In this document: positions 1-11,845 of the stretch, piece by piece
Layout of the letters: every line of letters begins with the position of its first letter
How positions within the stretch are numbered: position 1 is the first letter of the stretch
Source: Octopus sinensis
Taxonomy: Eukaryota
Assembly: GCF_006345805.1 (NCBI RefSeq)
Contig: NC_043004.1
Span: 34,472,001-34,536,000, forward strand
Length of the DNA stretch: 64,000 bases
Direction: 5' to 3'
Notes under the pieces: generated by a model
The model's database searches: none
The model's input: only the letters and a program-made list of their open reading frames with translations
What the model was told of the DNA's origin: nothing
Made by a program: the position numbers and the translations under genes

Positions 1-245
1 TGATGATGGAGATGATGATGATGATGATGATGAGGATGATGAGGATGAGGATGAGGATGAGGATGATGATGTTAATGATGATGACGAGGATGATGATGAG
101 GATAATGATGATGATGGGGAGGAGGTGGAGGAGGAGGAGGAGGATTTTGATGATTATGATGAGGATAACGATGATGATGAGGATAACGATGAGGATAAGG
201 ATGAGAATGATGAGGTGGTTGAGGATGATGATGAGGATAACATCA
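1..245. repeat. (ATG)n/(AGG)n trinucleotide microsatellite
   Basis: Direct reading; explains the Met/Arg-rich ORF 3..290. Confidence 0.95.
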
Positions 246-380
246 GAAAAATACCTTAGGAATGAGAACCCACGTTCGAAACTTCCCTGAAGAAGGCTGG
301 AGAGTATATCAGCTGAAACAACAAACAAGATGAGGAGAAATATCAGTCAAATGTAAATAATGTAAATAATGTAAATAATC
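246..380 (+). mobile_element. Short repeat with degenerate hammerhead-like motif and (AATGTAAAT)n tail
   Basis: CTGAAGA(287-293)-A-GGCTG..CAGCT-GAAAC(315-319); stem III and cleavage site missing; tail AATGTAAAT x3. Confidence 0.5.
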
Positions 381-467
381 TATTAATATTGCTTTTAGAT
401 TCTAATTACTACCCAGCCATTCTTTTTAATTTGTTAAATATATGATGTATGTATGTATATGTATGTA

Positions 468-519
<52 letters not shown>

Positions 520-686
520 TATGTATGTATGTATGGCCAGATATCTTCCTCCCAGCACAATACTTAAAGTGGTCTGTTGCAATTAAAATGCAGCATTATG
601 ATATATTAATAACTCCCAAATGTATTGAGTGCTTTTCAGTTTCTGATCCTATCATTGAATAAACAGGACACTATGTGTGTATGTGC

Positions 687-737
<51 letters not shown>

Positions 738-744
738 CTTTTGT

Positions 745-1800
745 CTTTCAACGTATTTGCTCTTTACGAAAGTCCCAGGCTACTGGTAGTTCTGATGCCA
801 CTTCTTGTCAAAAGGACATCCACTAGTTTTGAACCTTCACAGAAAAGTGAAACCAAAGTATTTCAACTGTATCAAAGAAAAAGCACTTTCTGAACATTTG
901 GACACCATAGTTCATCCACCTGATTCAAGCCACTATCGATGATGTCAGAAATCAGTGAGGTTGACCACCAAAGAACAATCAGATCAATGGTGCAAATGAA
1001 CATCTCATACAAATTGTAAGTAATTGAAGAGAGGCCAATTTATATCAACAGGAAAATTTTTTGATCTGTATTAAGTGCTTACATAACAAGGTATAAAAAC
1101 CCTCACAAACATTGCATGTTTTGGTTTTTGTCTGATGAGAAACTTCGACTAAAACCAAAAGTTTTACAGGAAAAATGACAGCTGGTTCTATGCAAATCCA
1201 TCAGATGTTCTCAGAGTGAAGCACATTAAGTCTCAAACAAATGCTATAGTTTCAGGAATGGTAAGCAATGAAGGTCATGTCATGCTGCCTTAATTCTTTC
1301 CTTAGGGTCTTAGAATTAATGATATTAGAATACATTGAAATGCTGGAAACAGTGTTTGAGCTTTGAATGGATTAAGCATGCAGCAGAAGTCCATATGTAT
1401 TTCAGGTAAACACTGAAATTTCTCACAAGGCCCATGTAACTCACGAATACATGTCCAGCAATCTTTATAATCAGGTAACACTAAACTTGTGACCTCCAAA
1501 CCCGCCAGATCTAAATCCCATGGACTACAACGTTTGAAGCCTTGTTGAAAAAGAGGATAATCAACATCATCACAATATTATAGCAACACTGAAGGCTGCA
1601 ACTGTCTAGGAGATGATGGAATGAATAAAAACCATTTAGTGAGGCATCCTAATGATTTTGGTACTGCATTGAAGTAGCCATCGAAGGTGAAGACGGATTC
1701 ATAAGCAATAGTTTTTTGCAATCTTGAAATGCAACAAGACTTCCTTTCCAATCTAATAGATATGAAGATAGAACCGACAGGAAGCCGTAGCGATATTCCT
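745..1800 (+). mobile_element. Decayed Tc1/mariner (maT/DD37D-like) transposase relic
   Basis: Broken-frame motifs SDEK (~1130), VSNEGHVMLP (~1260), PDLNPMDY (~1505); homologous to 59879-60915. Confidence 0.75.
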
Positions 1801-1891
1801 GTACATATACTCGAACTATATGAGCCAATTCCTTTTTTGAGAAGAGCCATTTGACTCTATCAGTTCCACTAATTTACATGTAGGTAAGAAT

Positions 1892-2233
1892 GTCATTTAC
1901 ATTTCGTTTTTGGATTTGGTTTGCAAGATTCTTTATATGAGTTTGTGTGTTGAAGCATATTCTTCTGTGTCTGGGGAGAGTCATTTTCTTTTTGTGCCTT
2001 ATAATGAAACACACTCACCGGTAAAATTTCCACCTATTTCTTATTTTTATTTTCCTAAAATTTTCGTTAAATAACGAACAGAGTCAAGACCATTGAAAAG
2101 GTTGCAAGACGCAACGAAAATTTGAAGAAAATAAAAATAAGGAATAAGTGGAAATTTTACCAGTGAGTGTGTTACATTATAAATCACAAAAAGAAAATGA
2201 CTCTCCCCAGACACAACAGAAGTCATTTACATT
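1892..2233. mobile_element. Fold-back element, Penelope-like inverted pseudo-LTR arms
   Basis: ~1966-2068 is the reverse complement of ~2113-2214; 12-bp direct repeat GTCATTTACATT at 1892-1903 and 2222-2233. Confidence 0.65.
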
Positions 2234-3202
2234 GTTTGCCTGAAATTGTATGTCACTGCCATCCCTTTGGCTTTTATCACAATTTACTTTTGTTTTTTTA
2301 AGGACAATTTACTTTCACTTTTTTTACAATGATAAACTCACCCATAACTTATTCGTGGCCAATACTAATTATTTTCTTTTAGAACTCATGCAGATATTTA
2401 TGCATTGTGCAAAGTTAGATATTCCCAAATATTATTTTGTAGCATTTATTTTTTGGCTAAGCATCTTACAGACCCACATCTCTATTCCACTTCCCTATCT
2501 AACTTTCCTTGTATTTTCCATATCGGGTAACCTCACAACATATCCTATTACGTCAATTATTGTAACTGAGATGTGCAGATATCAACAAAACTTAGTTGTA
2601 CTAAATACCTTCTTTATTTCTCAAATATATTATATAATAATTCCCCTGTTCTTTTGGTGCCGCAAACCATTCTTTGTATTTATATTTTGCAATATGTATG
2701 TATTTAAGCATTTTCATCTTGTTTGTGATAAACAGAATAATTATTCTTTCAAAATGTGTCCATTTGTAATCCATATTTCTCATCTACAAGTTTGTTTCCT
2801 CGTGACTTGCAGACAATCAGGTATTTTTTTCATGAAATTTTTTACAAATACCTTTCAGATGTACAAGATACAATTATATAGGAATTTAATATGAAAAGAA
2901 TGGTGGGTCCACACACATATTTACTGACACACACCACAATTTTCTTTCAAAACTTCGATTTCATATAGCAAATCATTACATTCACTGTGTGACAGTATGT
3001 AGGTGTGTGTGAGTGTGCCTACCATTTTTTTTCTCATTAAATTCCAATATAATTGTAATCTACACCATCTGGATGGTATTTGTAGAAAATTTAATTAAAA
3101 AAATACCCATTTTTCTTACAAGAAAATAAGACTGACTTCTATGTATTCTCAAAACTCTTCTCCACACTCCTTGGAAAAAACTTTTTCTCAAAAAATTCAG
3201 AT

Positions 3203-3620
3203 GTAGGAGTGGCTGTGTGGTAAGTAGCTTGCTTACGAACCACATGGTTCCGGGTTCAGTCCCACTTCATGGCAACTTGAGCAAGTGTCTTCTACTATAG
3301 CCTCGGGCCTACCAAAGCCTTGTGAGTGGATTTGGTAGATGGAAACTGAAAGTAGCCCGTCGTATATATGTATATGTATTTATATGTATGTGTGCGTGTA
3401 TACGTTTGTGTGTCTGTGTTTGTCCCCAAAACATCACTTGACAACCGATGCTGGTGTGTTTACTTCCCCGTAACTTAGCGGTTCAGCAAAAGAGACTGAT
3501 ACAAAAAGTACTAGGCTTCCAAAGAATAAGTCCTGGGGTCGATTTGCTCAACTAAAGGCGGTGTCCCAGCATGGCCACACTCAAATGACTGAAACAAGTA
3601 AAAGAGAGAAAAAGAAAGAG
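3203..3620 (+). mobile_element. tRNA-derived SINE family A
   Basis: A-box-like TGGCTGTGTGGTAAG, B-box-like GGTTCAGTCCC, internal (TA/TG)n, purine tail; many copies in window. Confidence 0.9.
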
Positions 3621-4486
3621 AGTATGTATAAGGGATTCTACACCATCCGAAGCACATATGTGGAAAATTTCATTAAGAATATCCATTTTCCTAAAAGTTA
3701 TGAAGGGAGAAAGTCAGTGGGAGGGCGGTGGGGGGAACACTTGTGTAATGTTGCTGCCTTACTTTCAGAATGTACGTATTAATTGTATTGGATTTTTGTA
3801 ATGCTTAAATCATCAAGCTTTATTTTCTGGTTCTAAGTAACTGTTTATTTTTTCGTTCAAACTCTCAGACTTTTTCATCTCTATTTTCTTCTTCCTGTCA
3901 GCACTGCCTTAATTCGAAATGCACATGATATCTCCTCTCTTCTAATCCATTTCCTTATTTATCGATGTAGCCTCAAATATTTGAGGATTTGGGAAAGTTG
4001 TGGTTTAGCAGCATAATAATATTGATATTGTTTTGCTGATAATGTGCACAAGCAATTTGCCTGCAGGCAAACGTTTCCTTAAACCTTCTTTTCGAAAGTT
4101 GAAAGCTGTCTCCAAGAGCCCTCCTTATTCTTCCCATCCAAATGATATCCTTAGGGCAGCCACAATGAATGTAGGTACAATGTGATGTTGTTGAAATGTA
4201 CTTTTTTGTAACTCACTATATTCATCCCTACATACTTCTGACTTCCATCTCTGTCACTGTGTAGCTTCTCTCTCTCTTACTCTCTCCCTCTAACACTTCA
4301 CACCATCTTTCTATTTCTCTTCTATCTGGTTAATTTTACTCTTGCTTCCCATTCTTCTTATGTGCTGCCTGTCACCTATTCCTCTTTTCCTTACTTTGCT
4401 CCTCATCTTCGAGATTCACCATTGTCCACACTTCCATTCATCTTCATTTACTGCATTCATTTCCCTCCTCATCCTGATCATTCTTA

Positions 4487-4895
4487 TAATAATAATGAAA
4501 TTATTGTATACAGTGCAGTAATGTACAAATGTCTGGAAAGCGAACAATGCATGAGTCAGATACATACTTGTGTGTGTATGGAGGGGAGAAAATCAGGTGT
4601 AGTGTTGGTGAATCTTAGAAAGCATGGAAGTTTTGAAGGATGCAGTGCTCCGACAACTAACAACTGATGCCGGCAGTTTGTTCCATGCTTCAGCAACTCT
4701 CAGCGTGAAAAAATGTTTCCTGAAGTCATGGGAGCTGTGCTGTTTTCTGACTTTGTAAATATGTCCACGAGTGTTAGATGAGTGGAGTTTAAAAAGGTGC
4801 CCAGAGTTATTGCTGGTACGATGGTTGATAATTTTATGGGTGTCTGCCAAGTCAGCTGCCAGACGTCGGAGTTTCAATGTGTCCATGCCCAAGGA
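4487..4895 (-). mobile_element. 5'-truncated CR1-clade LINE 3' end
   Basis: ORF 4593..4892: LRRLAADL..TRGH..K..RKHFFTLRV..AWNKLP, typical CR1 ORF2 C-terminus; (ATT)n tail. Confidence 0.85.
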
Positions 4896-5309
4896 AGTAA
4901 GGCGTTAACTCATCTTACTTCAATTCTCTGTCTTGACTCTCTCTTTATTTACTTCCCTGTACCTTGAGGGAATGTCCTGACACAAAATCACCACCATTTT
5001 CTCTCTTTTCCACCTAAAGCAGCCATGTATCTCCCCTACAACACCTGTTCCACTCCAACTGTCACACTTTAGCCTTTCAATATGTGGTACAAAGCCACCT
5101 ACCTCAATACCACACCCACACACTTTATCATATGGTCTTGTCTGAGTGACATCCTTGAAGGTGTGTCATGAAAAATGCACCCAGTAGACTCTAAAGTGGT
5201 TGGCATTAGAAAGGGCATCCAGCCATAGAAACCTTGTCAAAGCAGACTTTGGATTCTAATGTAATTCTATGGTTTGCCGGATCCTGTTGAACGATTTGAA
5301 TGAGGTCTA

Positions 5310-5585
5310 GCGAACTAAACTCCAATCTGATCTGGCAGAGTTTCTACAGCTGGATGCCCTTCCTAATGCCAACCACTTCGAGAGTGTAGTGGGTGCTTTT
5401 ACGTGCCACCGGCACAAGGGCCAGTTTGGTGGTACTAGCAATGGCCATGCCCAAATGGTGCTTTTTATGTGCCACCAGCACAGGAGCCAGTCCAGCGGCA
5501 TTGGTGACGACCTCGCTCGAATGTTTCACGTGCCACCAGCACAAGTGCTAGTAAGGCGACGCGATAATGATCATGCTCAAGTAAT
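5310..5585 (-). mobile_element. RTE LINE 3'UTR fragment
   Basis: Reverse complement of the AAAAGCACCCACTACAC..GGAAGGGCATCCAGCTGTAGAA motif in the 3'UTR of the RTE at 34122-36183. Confidence 0.8.
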
Positions 5586-5610
5586 GATATATATATATAT
5601 ATATATATAT

Positions 5611-5937
5611 ATACCAGAGTAAACACATATACCAGAGTAAACACATATACCAGAGTAAACACATATACCAGAGTAAACACATAAATGTGAAACAAGGTGG
5701 AAAAAAGAGTACTCAAATACCAGTGGTAGAGTAATATGCTTTATTTAAAGCAGCAGAAAATTTAACAAAACCTGTTACTCTGAGTTTCACGTTCCCGTTC
5801 GTTGGACAGTTTTTGCTAGCAAAAACTGTCCGACGAAAGGGAATGTGAAACTCAGAGCAAAAACTGTCCGCCGAATGGGAACGAGAAACTCAGAGTAACA
5901 AGTTTTGTTGAATTTTCTGCTGCTTTAAATAAAGTAT
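5611..5937. mobile_element. Palindromic HHR-bearing element in (TA)n
   Basis: Four ATACCAGAGTAAACAC(AT) repeats; arms inverted about TTTTTGCTAGCAAAAA (~5810-5825); three HHR-like units; (TA)n on both sides. Confidence 0.75.
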
Positions 5938-5959
5938 ATATATATATATATATCGTTAG

Positions 5960-7030
5960 TAGTTCATATATCCAACAACTAGAGCAGTAATAAATATTTT
6001 GGGAGAAATTGTTACTTCACACAGTCACACATGTCCGGGTGTTTGTTTAATAGTCATGACCTAAGGGTCTCTTTCAGTTGCACCCATCATTAAAAAATTA
6101 TTAGTAAGCATTCATAAACCGTGAGCAGAAGCAGGATGCTCATGCAGAGTTAACAATGAGTGCTCAGTGTCAGTGGGGTGGGGTCAATGCAAATCCAAAG
6201 GTGCAGTGTATGAGGCTAAGGTGTTGACTGGCATTGGTGACTGCAGTGGCACCAACAGTAGTAATGGCACCAACAACACACCTACCTATACAAACAACAG
6301 CAACAGTTACACTAGCAGCAGCAGCAGCTACAACAGCAATACCAACAGCAACAACATCACCAGTAATGTGTCCAACAGTGTTAACAATAGTGATCTTATT
6401 GATGACAACTGCTGTACCAGTAATGGCAACAATAATGGCAGCAATACCTGCAACAGCACCAGTGTTACTGACAACAGCAGTAGCATCAGCACTAAAAGCT
6501 CATCAGAGACATCAGCATCAGCAATGATAATAATGGCAACCACAATGGCTATAACACCACCAGCACAAAAGCACAGACAGATATATGTGAGATCTACAGG
6601 TGACCCATTGAAGCATCATCTAAGCAACCTTTAAGATACCAGAGTGACACAATATCACATCTCTGGCCAGCTACATATAGCATTTAAAAGAGGAGGATAC
6701 ACTATACATAATTAAATGGAGGTCCCTAGAACAACTGGGAGCATACATCAGTGGGAGTAAATGATGTAAGTTTTGCTTGGCTAAAGAGTAATAATCCTGA
6801 AAAACTCACTTGACCTGGGTCCTTTTTAAACTCCAAAATCTAAATGTTTAGTCAGTGCCCTCATTAGAGTAAATTCATGTTAGAAATGAGGAATTCACCA
6901 TTTGCCAGCTAAGAAAATGCTACCAGCCATGGAGATCTTCAGGAAGCCTGCTGAAGACATAACCACTACTGGTCTAAGGGAGATTACTCTACTTCACCTA
7001 TGTCTTGTCTTTGTCAGTAGAATGTTTTTG
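5960..7030 (+). pseudogene. Penelope-like element GIY-YIG endonuclease relic
   Basis: LFNSHDLRVSFSC, GCSCRVNNEC, GQCKSKGAVYEAKV...IYVRSTG, then in another frame SLASYI*HLKE..IKW..CKFCL; stops and frameshifts. Confidence 0.75.
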
Positions 7031-8884
7031 CTTACAAAATTAACTGACCATGACTTTTTCATCTCTCCATTTGTAGAGGAGTTAAGTGCCTCTGGCCATT
7101 TGAGTTTGACAAATGAGTCACCTATACAGCTAAGTGTCATACAGAGGCATGTAACCAATGGCCACTTCCTGACTGGCTATAACAAACAACCTTATATATA
7201 TATGTATGTATGTATGTATATATGTATGTATTTATATATGTATATATTTATATATGTGCATATGTGCGTGCACACACCACACACACACACACGTATGTAT
7301 GTATTTGTAAGTATGTATCAGAAATAAATGAGTAAATTTGATTTATTACCATTTACTAATTCAAGTAGTTGTGAAAAAGACTAAAATTCTTTGTCTTTCT
7401 GCTGGCAAACTTCGGCTCTGTTGCCGCTGCTGTTTTTAACTTTCGAATTGTGAAATGTGTCACTTTTAAATCCTATATTTATTACTTCACTTCATAAAAG
7501 TTTATTTTCTCTAAGTCAAATTTATGAAAGACAAAAAATTAAAAAAAGAGCTAAAAAACATGTACTTTAGATAATCATATATTATATATCATTGAATCAT
7601 ATTCCAAAATATTTTATTCCATATCAGTATTTTCAAATTTAACTGCCCAGAATTATATGACCAGTTCCTGTATTGACATCTTTGTGAGCTGTTTATTTCT
7701 CTATTATCATCATAACCATCATAATCATCATCATTACCATCTTTCTTGTAGTTGTTGTTGTTCTTGCTGTTGATTGGGTGTGAACAAAGATGGCAGAAAA
7801 TATTTATGCTACTCTTGATATAAGTATCTTTGATCGCTAGCCGAAATAAAAATATAAAAAGGACAAAAAAAGAACCAACCTGTTATTAGAATTTAAAACC
7901 TGTTTTTGGAGCTGAAGGCTAAACCAAAAACAAAACAGCAAAAGCCTCGATTTATTCTAACACAATGGCATATATAGAAGATTGATTACAAATTTTCTTT
8001 CTGCGCTTCTGTAAGAAAATGAATAATGGTGTCAAAACCAACAGAATATTCATAGAAATATTGATTTGAAAACTAAAATATAATGTCCCATAATCCCATT
8101 GGGTCATACAGTCATTGCTGCAGACTTTGTTGTTGTGGAAGGTATTGAAGTGTGGATGTTTTGATTTGTTTACTTTGATGCCTAGAACAGAAGCTGAGCT
8201 CTCTGTTGTAAGTTAAGGAAACATTGATAAATTCTATAATGTTTTGCTATTCATCGAAGATAGTGCAGTGGTTGGGAGAGTCTTTAAACTGTTTTTCCAA
8301 ACAAAAAATGGACAATACTGTAAATGTTATCTCCAACTGTACTGTAGACAGTATTTAAAACAGCCATCATCTTTATCATCATCAACAACCCCTCTGGACA
8401 TTATTGTCTTGGTTTCCTTGGTATAAAAGTGACTGAGATCACTGCATTTTTCCCCAACAGGATGCTAGTTCATTGCATGGTTAGTCATTTACAGGTTAGT
8501 GGGCTGGGGTGATGGTAAACTGTTTTACTCAAGAGTACAATGCACTGCCCAGTCCAGTAATTGAAACCCATGATACTGTGATCATCAGTGTAATATCCCA
8601 ACTACCAGGTCATGCACTGATGCATTTAAAACATTGCTCCACTGTCACAAAAAGCTGGCCCCCCATCAAATAGTTCAGTTATGACACTGGCTAAGAATTG
8701 TGTCAAAAATATAATATCATTTTCACCTGTTTTAATTTTATTTTTGAGACCTAATTTTTCATATCTGCAGGTACTTCTAATAATTTTCTGCCAGTCTTCT
8801 TGAATTTAAGTTAAAAAATTTGCTCAGATGGAAACCCAGGTCCTGACCAGAATGTTCGAAGTGTTTTCATTGCTCCCACTGTCA

Positions 8885-8919
8885 AATTTTAGGGGATGCA
8901 AAATGCATCCCCTAAAATT
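8885..8919. repeat. Perfect 16-bp hairpin
   Basis: AATTTTAGGGGATGCA-AAA-TGCATCCCCTAAAATT. Confidence 0.9.
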
Positions 8920-9077
8920 CCTCTTTCCAAACCAAGGTATGATGCTATCGATCTCTGTTTAATGAATCTCATTTACTACATCTTAGGACTACCACATCTC
9001 GTCTTTAACACCTCTTATATCTGATATTCTCAATGCTCTCTCTTATCTGCCACTTTTGTTGTCTCACTTAATATATA

Positions 9078-9308
9078 TTTCTTTACTACCCACAAGGAGC
9101 TAAACACAGAGGGGACAAACAAGGACCGACAAACGGATTAAGTCGATTACATCGACCCCTGTGCGTAACTGGTACTTAATTTATCGACCCCGAAAGGATG
9201 AAAGGCAAAGTCGACCTCTGCAGAATTTGAACTCGGAACGTAACGACAGATGAAATACGGCTACGCATTTCGCCCGGCGCGCTAACGTTTCTGCCAGCTC
9301 ACCAGCCA
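9078..9308 (-). mobile_element. tRNA-derived SINE family B
   Basis: Head GAGCTGGCAGAAACGTTAG, B-box GAGTTCAAATTC, central CTTTCATCCTTTCGGGGTCGATAAATTAAGTACC (resembles the conserved Meta/Nin-type SINE domain). Confidence 0.85.
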
Positions 9309-10046
9309 CTCTTAACTACCTCTGACCTCCATCTCTTTCACTGTACTTTTCGCTTTCCCCACTCTTACACCCTGCACATTATCTCTCTACTTTCTGATCT
9401 TTTGACAGGTTTATGATTGTCCCCGCTTTTGCTCCCCTCCTTTCCTGTGCTGCTGCTTGTCACCTCCTACTTCCCGAGCCACTTCTGTTTCTCTCTGCTT
9501 CCCCATCTCCATACTCATATTTAACATCAACCTTACCTCCACTCTTATTCCTCTTCCAATCACCTCCTACTCTTATCTCTAAAAAACTCCTACTCCCCTC
9601 TCTACAAATTACATGATCCCTTCTGATCTTCTGTATTCTCTCTTATACTTGCCTTCTTGTAGTTTGAGTATTTCCTCTGGCACATCACCACCTCCAACTT
9701 TATCACTATTTCAGTTTCACCTATTCATCCAGCTTCATGTAATGCAGGGTAAGCGTGTATTCTCCCCCATAGCCAGATACCCATGCTTCTCCCTCTGCCT
9801 CATTTTAGTCTCTCAACACCTGGCATAAAGCCCCCTCCTCCTCTCTCCTACTTAGTTGAGGTTTTTTCTTCTTTCTCTTGCAAGTTACTGACCAAATAAG
9901 AAAGCACCCAGTACACTCTGTAAGATAGTTGGCATTAGGAAGGAAGAACAGGTGTCAAAAACATGCCAAAACAAACCACAGAGCTAGAGGCAATTCTGCA
10001 GCTTGTCAGATCCTGCCATACCAATCATGCATAGAAAATTATTGGC

Positions 10047-10083
<37 letters not shown>

Positions 10084-11559
10084 CACACACACCTATATAT
10101 ATTACACACATAAACATACATAGTCAAATAAATCCATTTTATTTGAAGCCTTTGAAATGAAAACCGCATGTTATTGGAATTCTCAACTCCCAACTCCTCT
10201 ATGACTTCTGGAATGTTCTGTAGTAACTTTCTGTAGTTACATATTCTTTAAATTGATAATATGAAATACACACACAACAAAACACAACAGCATTTTATTT
10301 GGTCAATTCGTGTATGATCCAGGTAACTGCTCAAGTAGTTATCAAAACAAATAAATATGAGCTTTATGAAATCAATAAATGAACAGAACAAACTACAAAT
10401 CTACTACAGTTAAGCAAATATGGGAATACGTTCCTTGTACAAATTCATTTCATTGCCTATCTGAATCATCAGAGATTGATTGTGTTATATGTGACAGAAA
10501 CATGACCAAGCTGTTGTTATTGAATTGGTGTTAGTCAGCCAAAGATGTTTGATAGGAGAGAGGCTAGGGTCATCTGCATGGAACAAGATGTTTTCTTTTT
10601 TATTTTCTACGTATATATATAACTATAAAAACATTCTGTCAGCAAAAAGTAGGAATAACAACTTTCAAAATACATCAGTGGAAGGCACCATGTTAAAACA
10701 AACAGATATTAGTGACATGTTGTGCAGTTTCATCCGGTCAATCCCTCCGGGTGGTCTCCATGAAAATGCTCAGGCTGTTATTAAAACAAATATAAGGTAT
10801 TGCATAAATTGATCTGAAATCAATAAACCAATCAAACTTAAAATATCCCACATACTGCAAACATGGAGTTTGGGATTTAAGGGTCCATGACTATTCAATA
10901 TTCTGCCAAACAACCTCAGAGATTTGTGAGGTGTAGATGTGGAGGTTTTCAAAACCATGTGGACAAATTTTTATTTCTGATACCAGATGAATCCACATTG
11001 CAACAGGAGGCATAAAGAGGAGTGGCTCCATCGAACTCATTGATTCACTAGAAATAGTACAGTAAAGAATCCCAAACACACTGAAAGGAGGTGCTCCAGC
11101 ATGGCCTTAGTGTCAAGCTGAAACCAGTAAAAGATTAAAGATGTGAGAGATTTATGCATAACAGCAGAGAAAAATAGAAATAATCTGACAGAAAAAAGGG
11201 AAACCTGAATTATTATTCTGTCTCATTGTTATTCATTGAGGTTAAACTTCTCTGAGATATGTCTGGTGAGCTAGAAATATCAAGCAAATCTTCATGACAT
11301 TCTGTCTTTAAAATGGGAAGGACATTTCAGATTATGAAGTTCTACAGATACCTAAAAAAAAAAGGATATGATGGTTTTGGTTAGAATGCTTTTGGCCTTT
11401 AATCAGTGGGGTCAGAGCAAAACAACATCTCAGTACCTCATCAGGACTTGGGATAAATAGTAACTCACTGGAATTCTTAATATTAATATTAACTCACTGG
11501 AATTCAACAAAACCAATTAGAGCAAAAATTTTATCTTAAATTCCAATCAGTAGCAGTTT

Positions 11560-11845
11560 CTATGAACAAATATCACACATTGTGGTATAGGTTCAAATAT
11601 TCTGCAGTTCTATGATTCAAGTCTCTGTTAAACTAATATAAGTTACAGAACATGTGGCATTTGGTTAAATGCTCCATATTTCTATGATGTAAGTCTAGGT
11701 TCTTGAACATGTGTTGCCTGTTAAAAAAGTTCATGATTCCTCAATGTCTCTGGTTGCTAAACTGATACAAGTTAGAGAACCTGAAGTGTCTGTTTAAATA
11801 TTTCATGATTTTATAATGTCTCTGATTGTTGGATTAATATAATCT
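11560..11845. repeat. Degenerate minisatellite
   Basis: Recurring TTCTATGAT..GTCTCTG..TTAAA..AATATAAGTTACAGAAC units. Confidence 0.45.

Noticed and set aside
3-290. Met/Arg-rich ORF and the many similar [12 protein letters not shown]/poly-Ile ORFs
   Set aside because: Translations of microsatellites; no coding evidence
2250-2894. 214-aa hydrophobic ORF
   Set aside because: Phe/Ile richness follows from T-rich DNA, non-ATG start, no recognisable motif; cannot be fully excluded without a search
5611-5680. Regular short direct repeats resembling a CRISPR array
   Set aside because: No unique spacers; simple 18-bp tandem repeat in eukaryotic DNA; no cas genes
6946-7020. Possible HHR downstream of the GIY-YIG relic
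   Set aside because: CTGAAGA is present but there is no GAAA strand; too decayed to call
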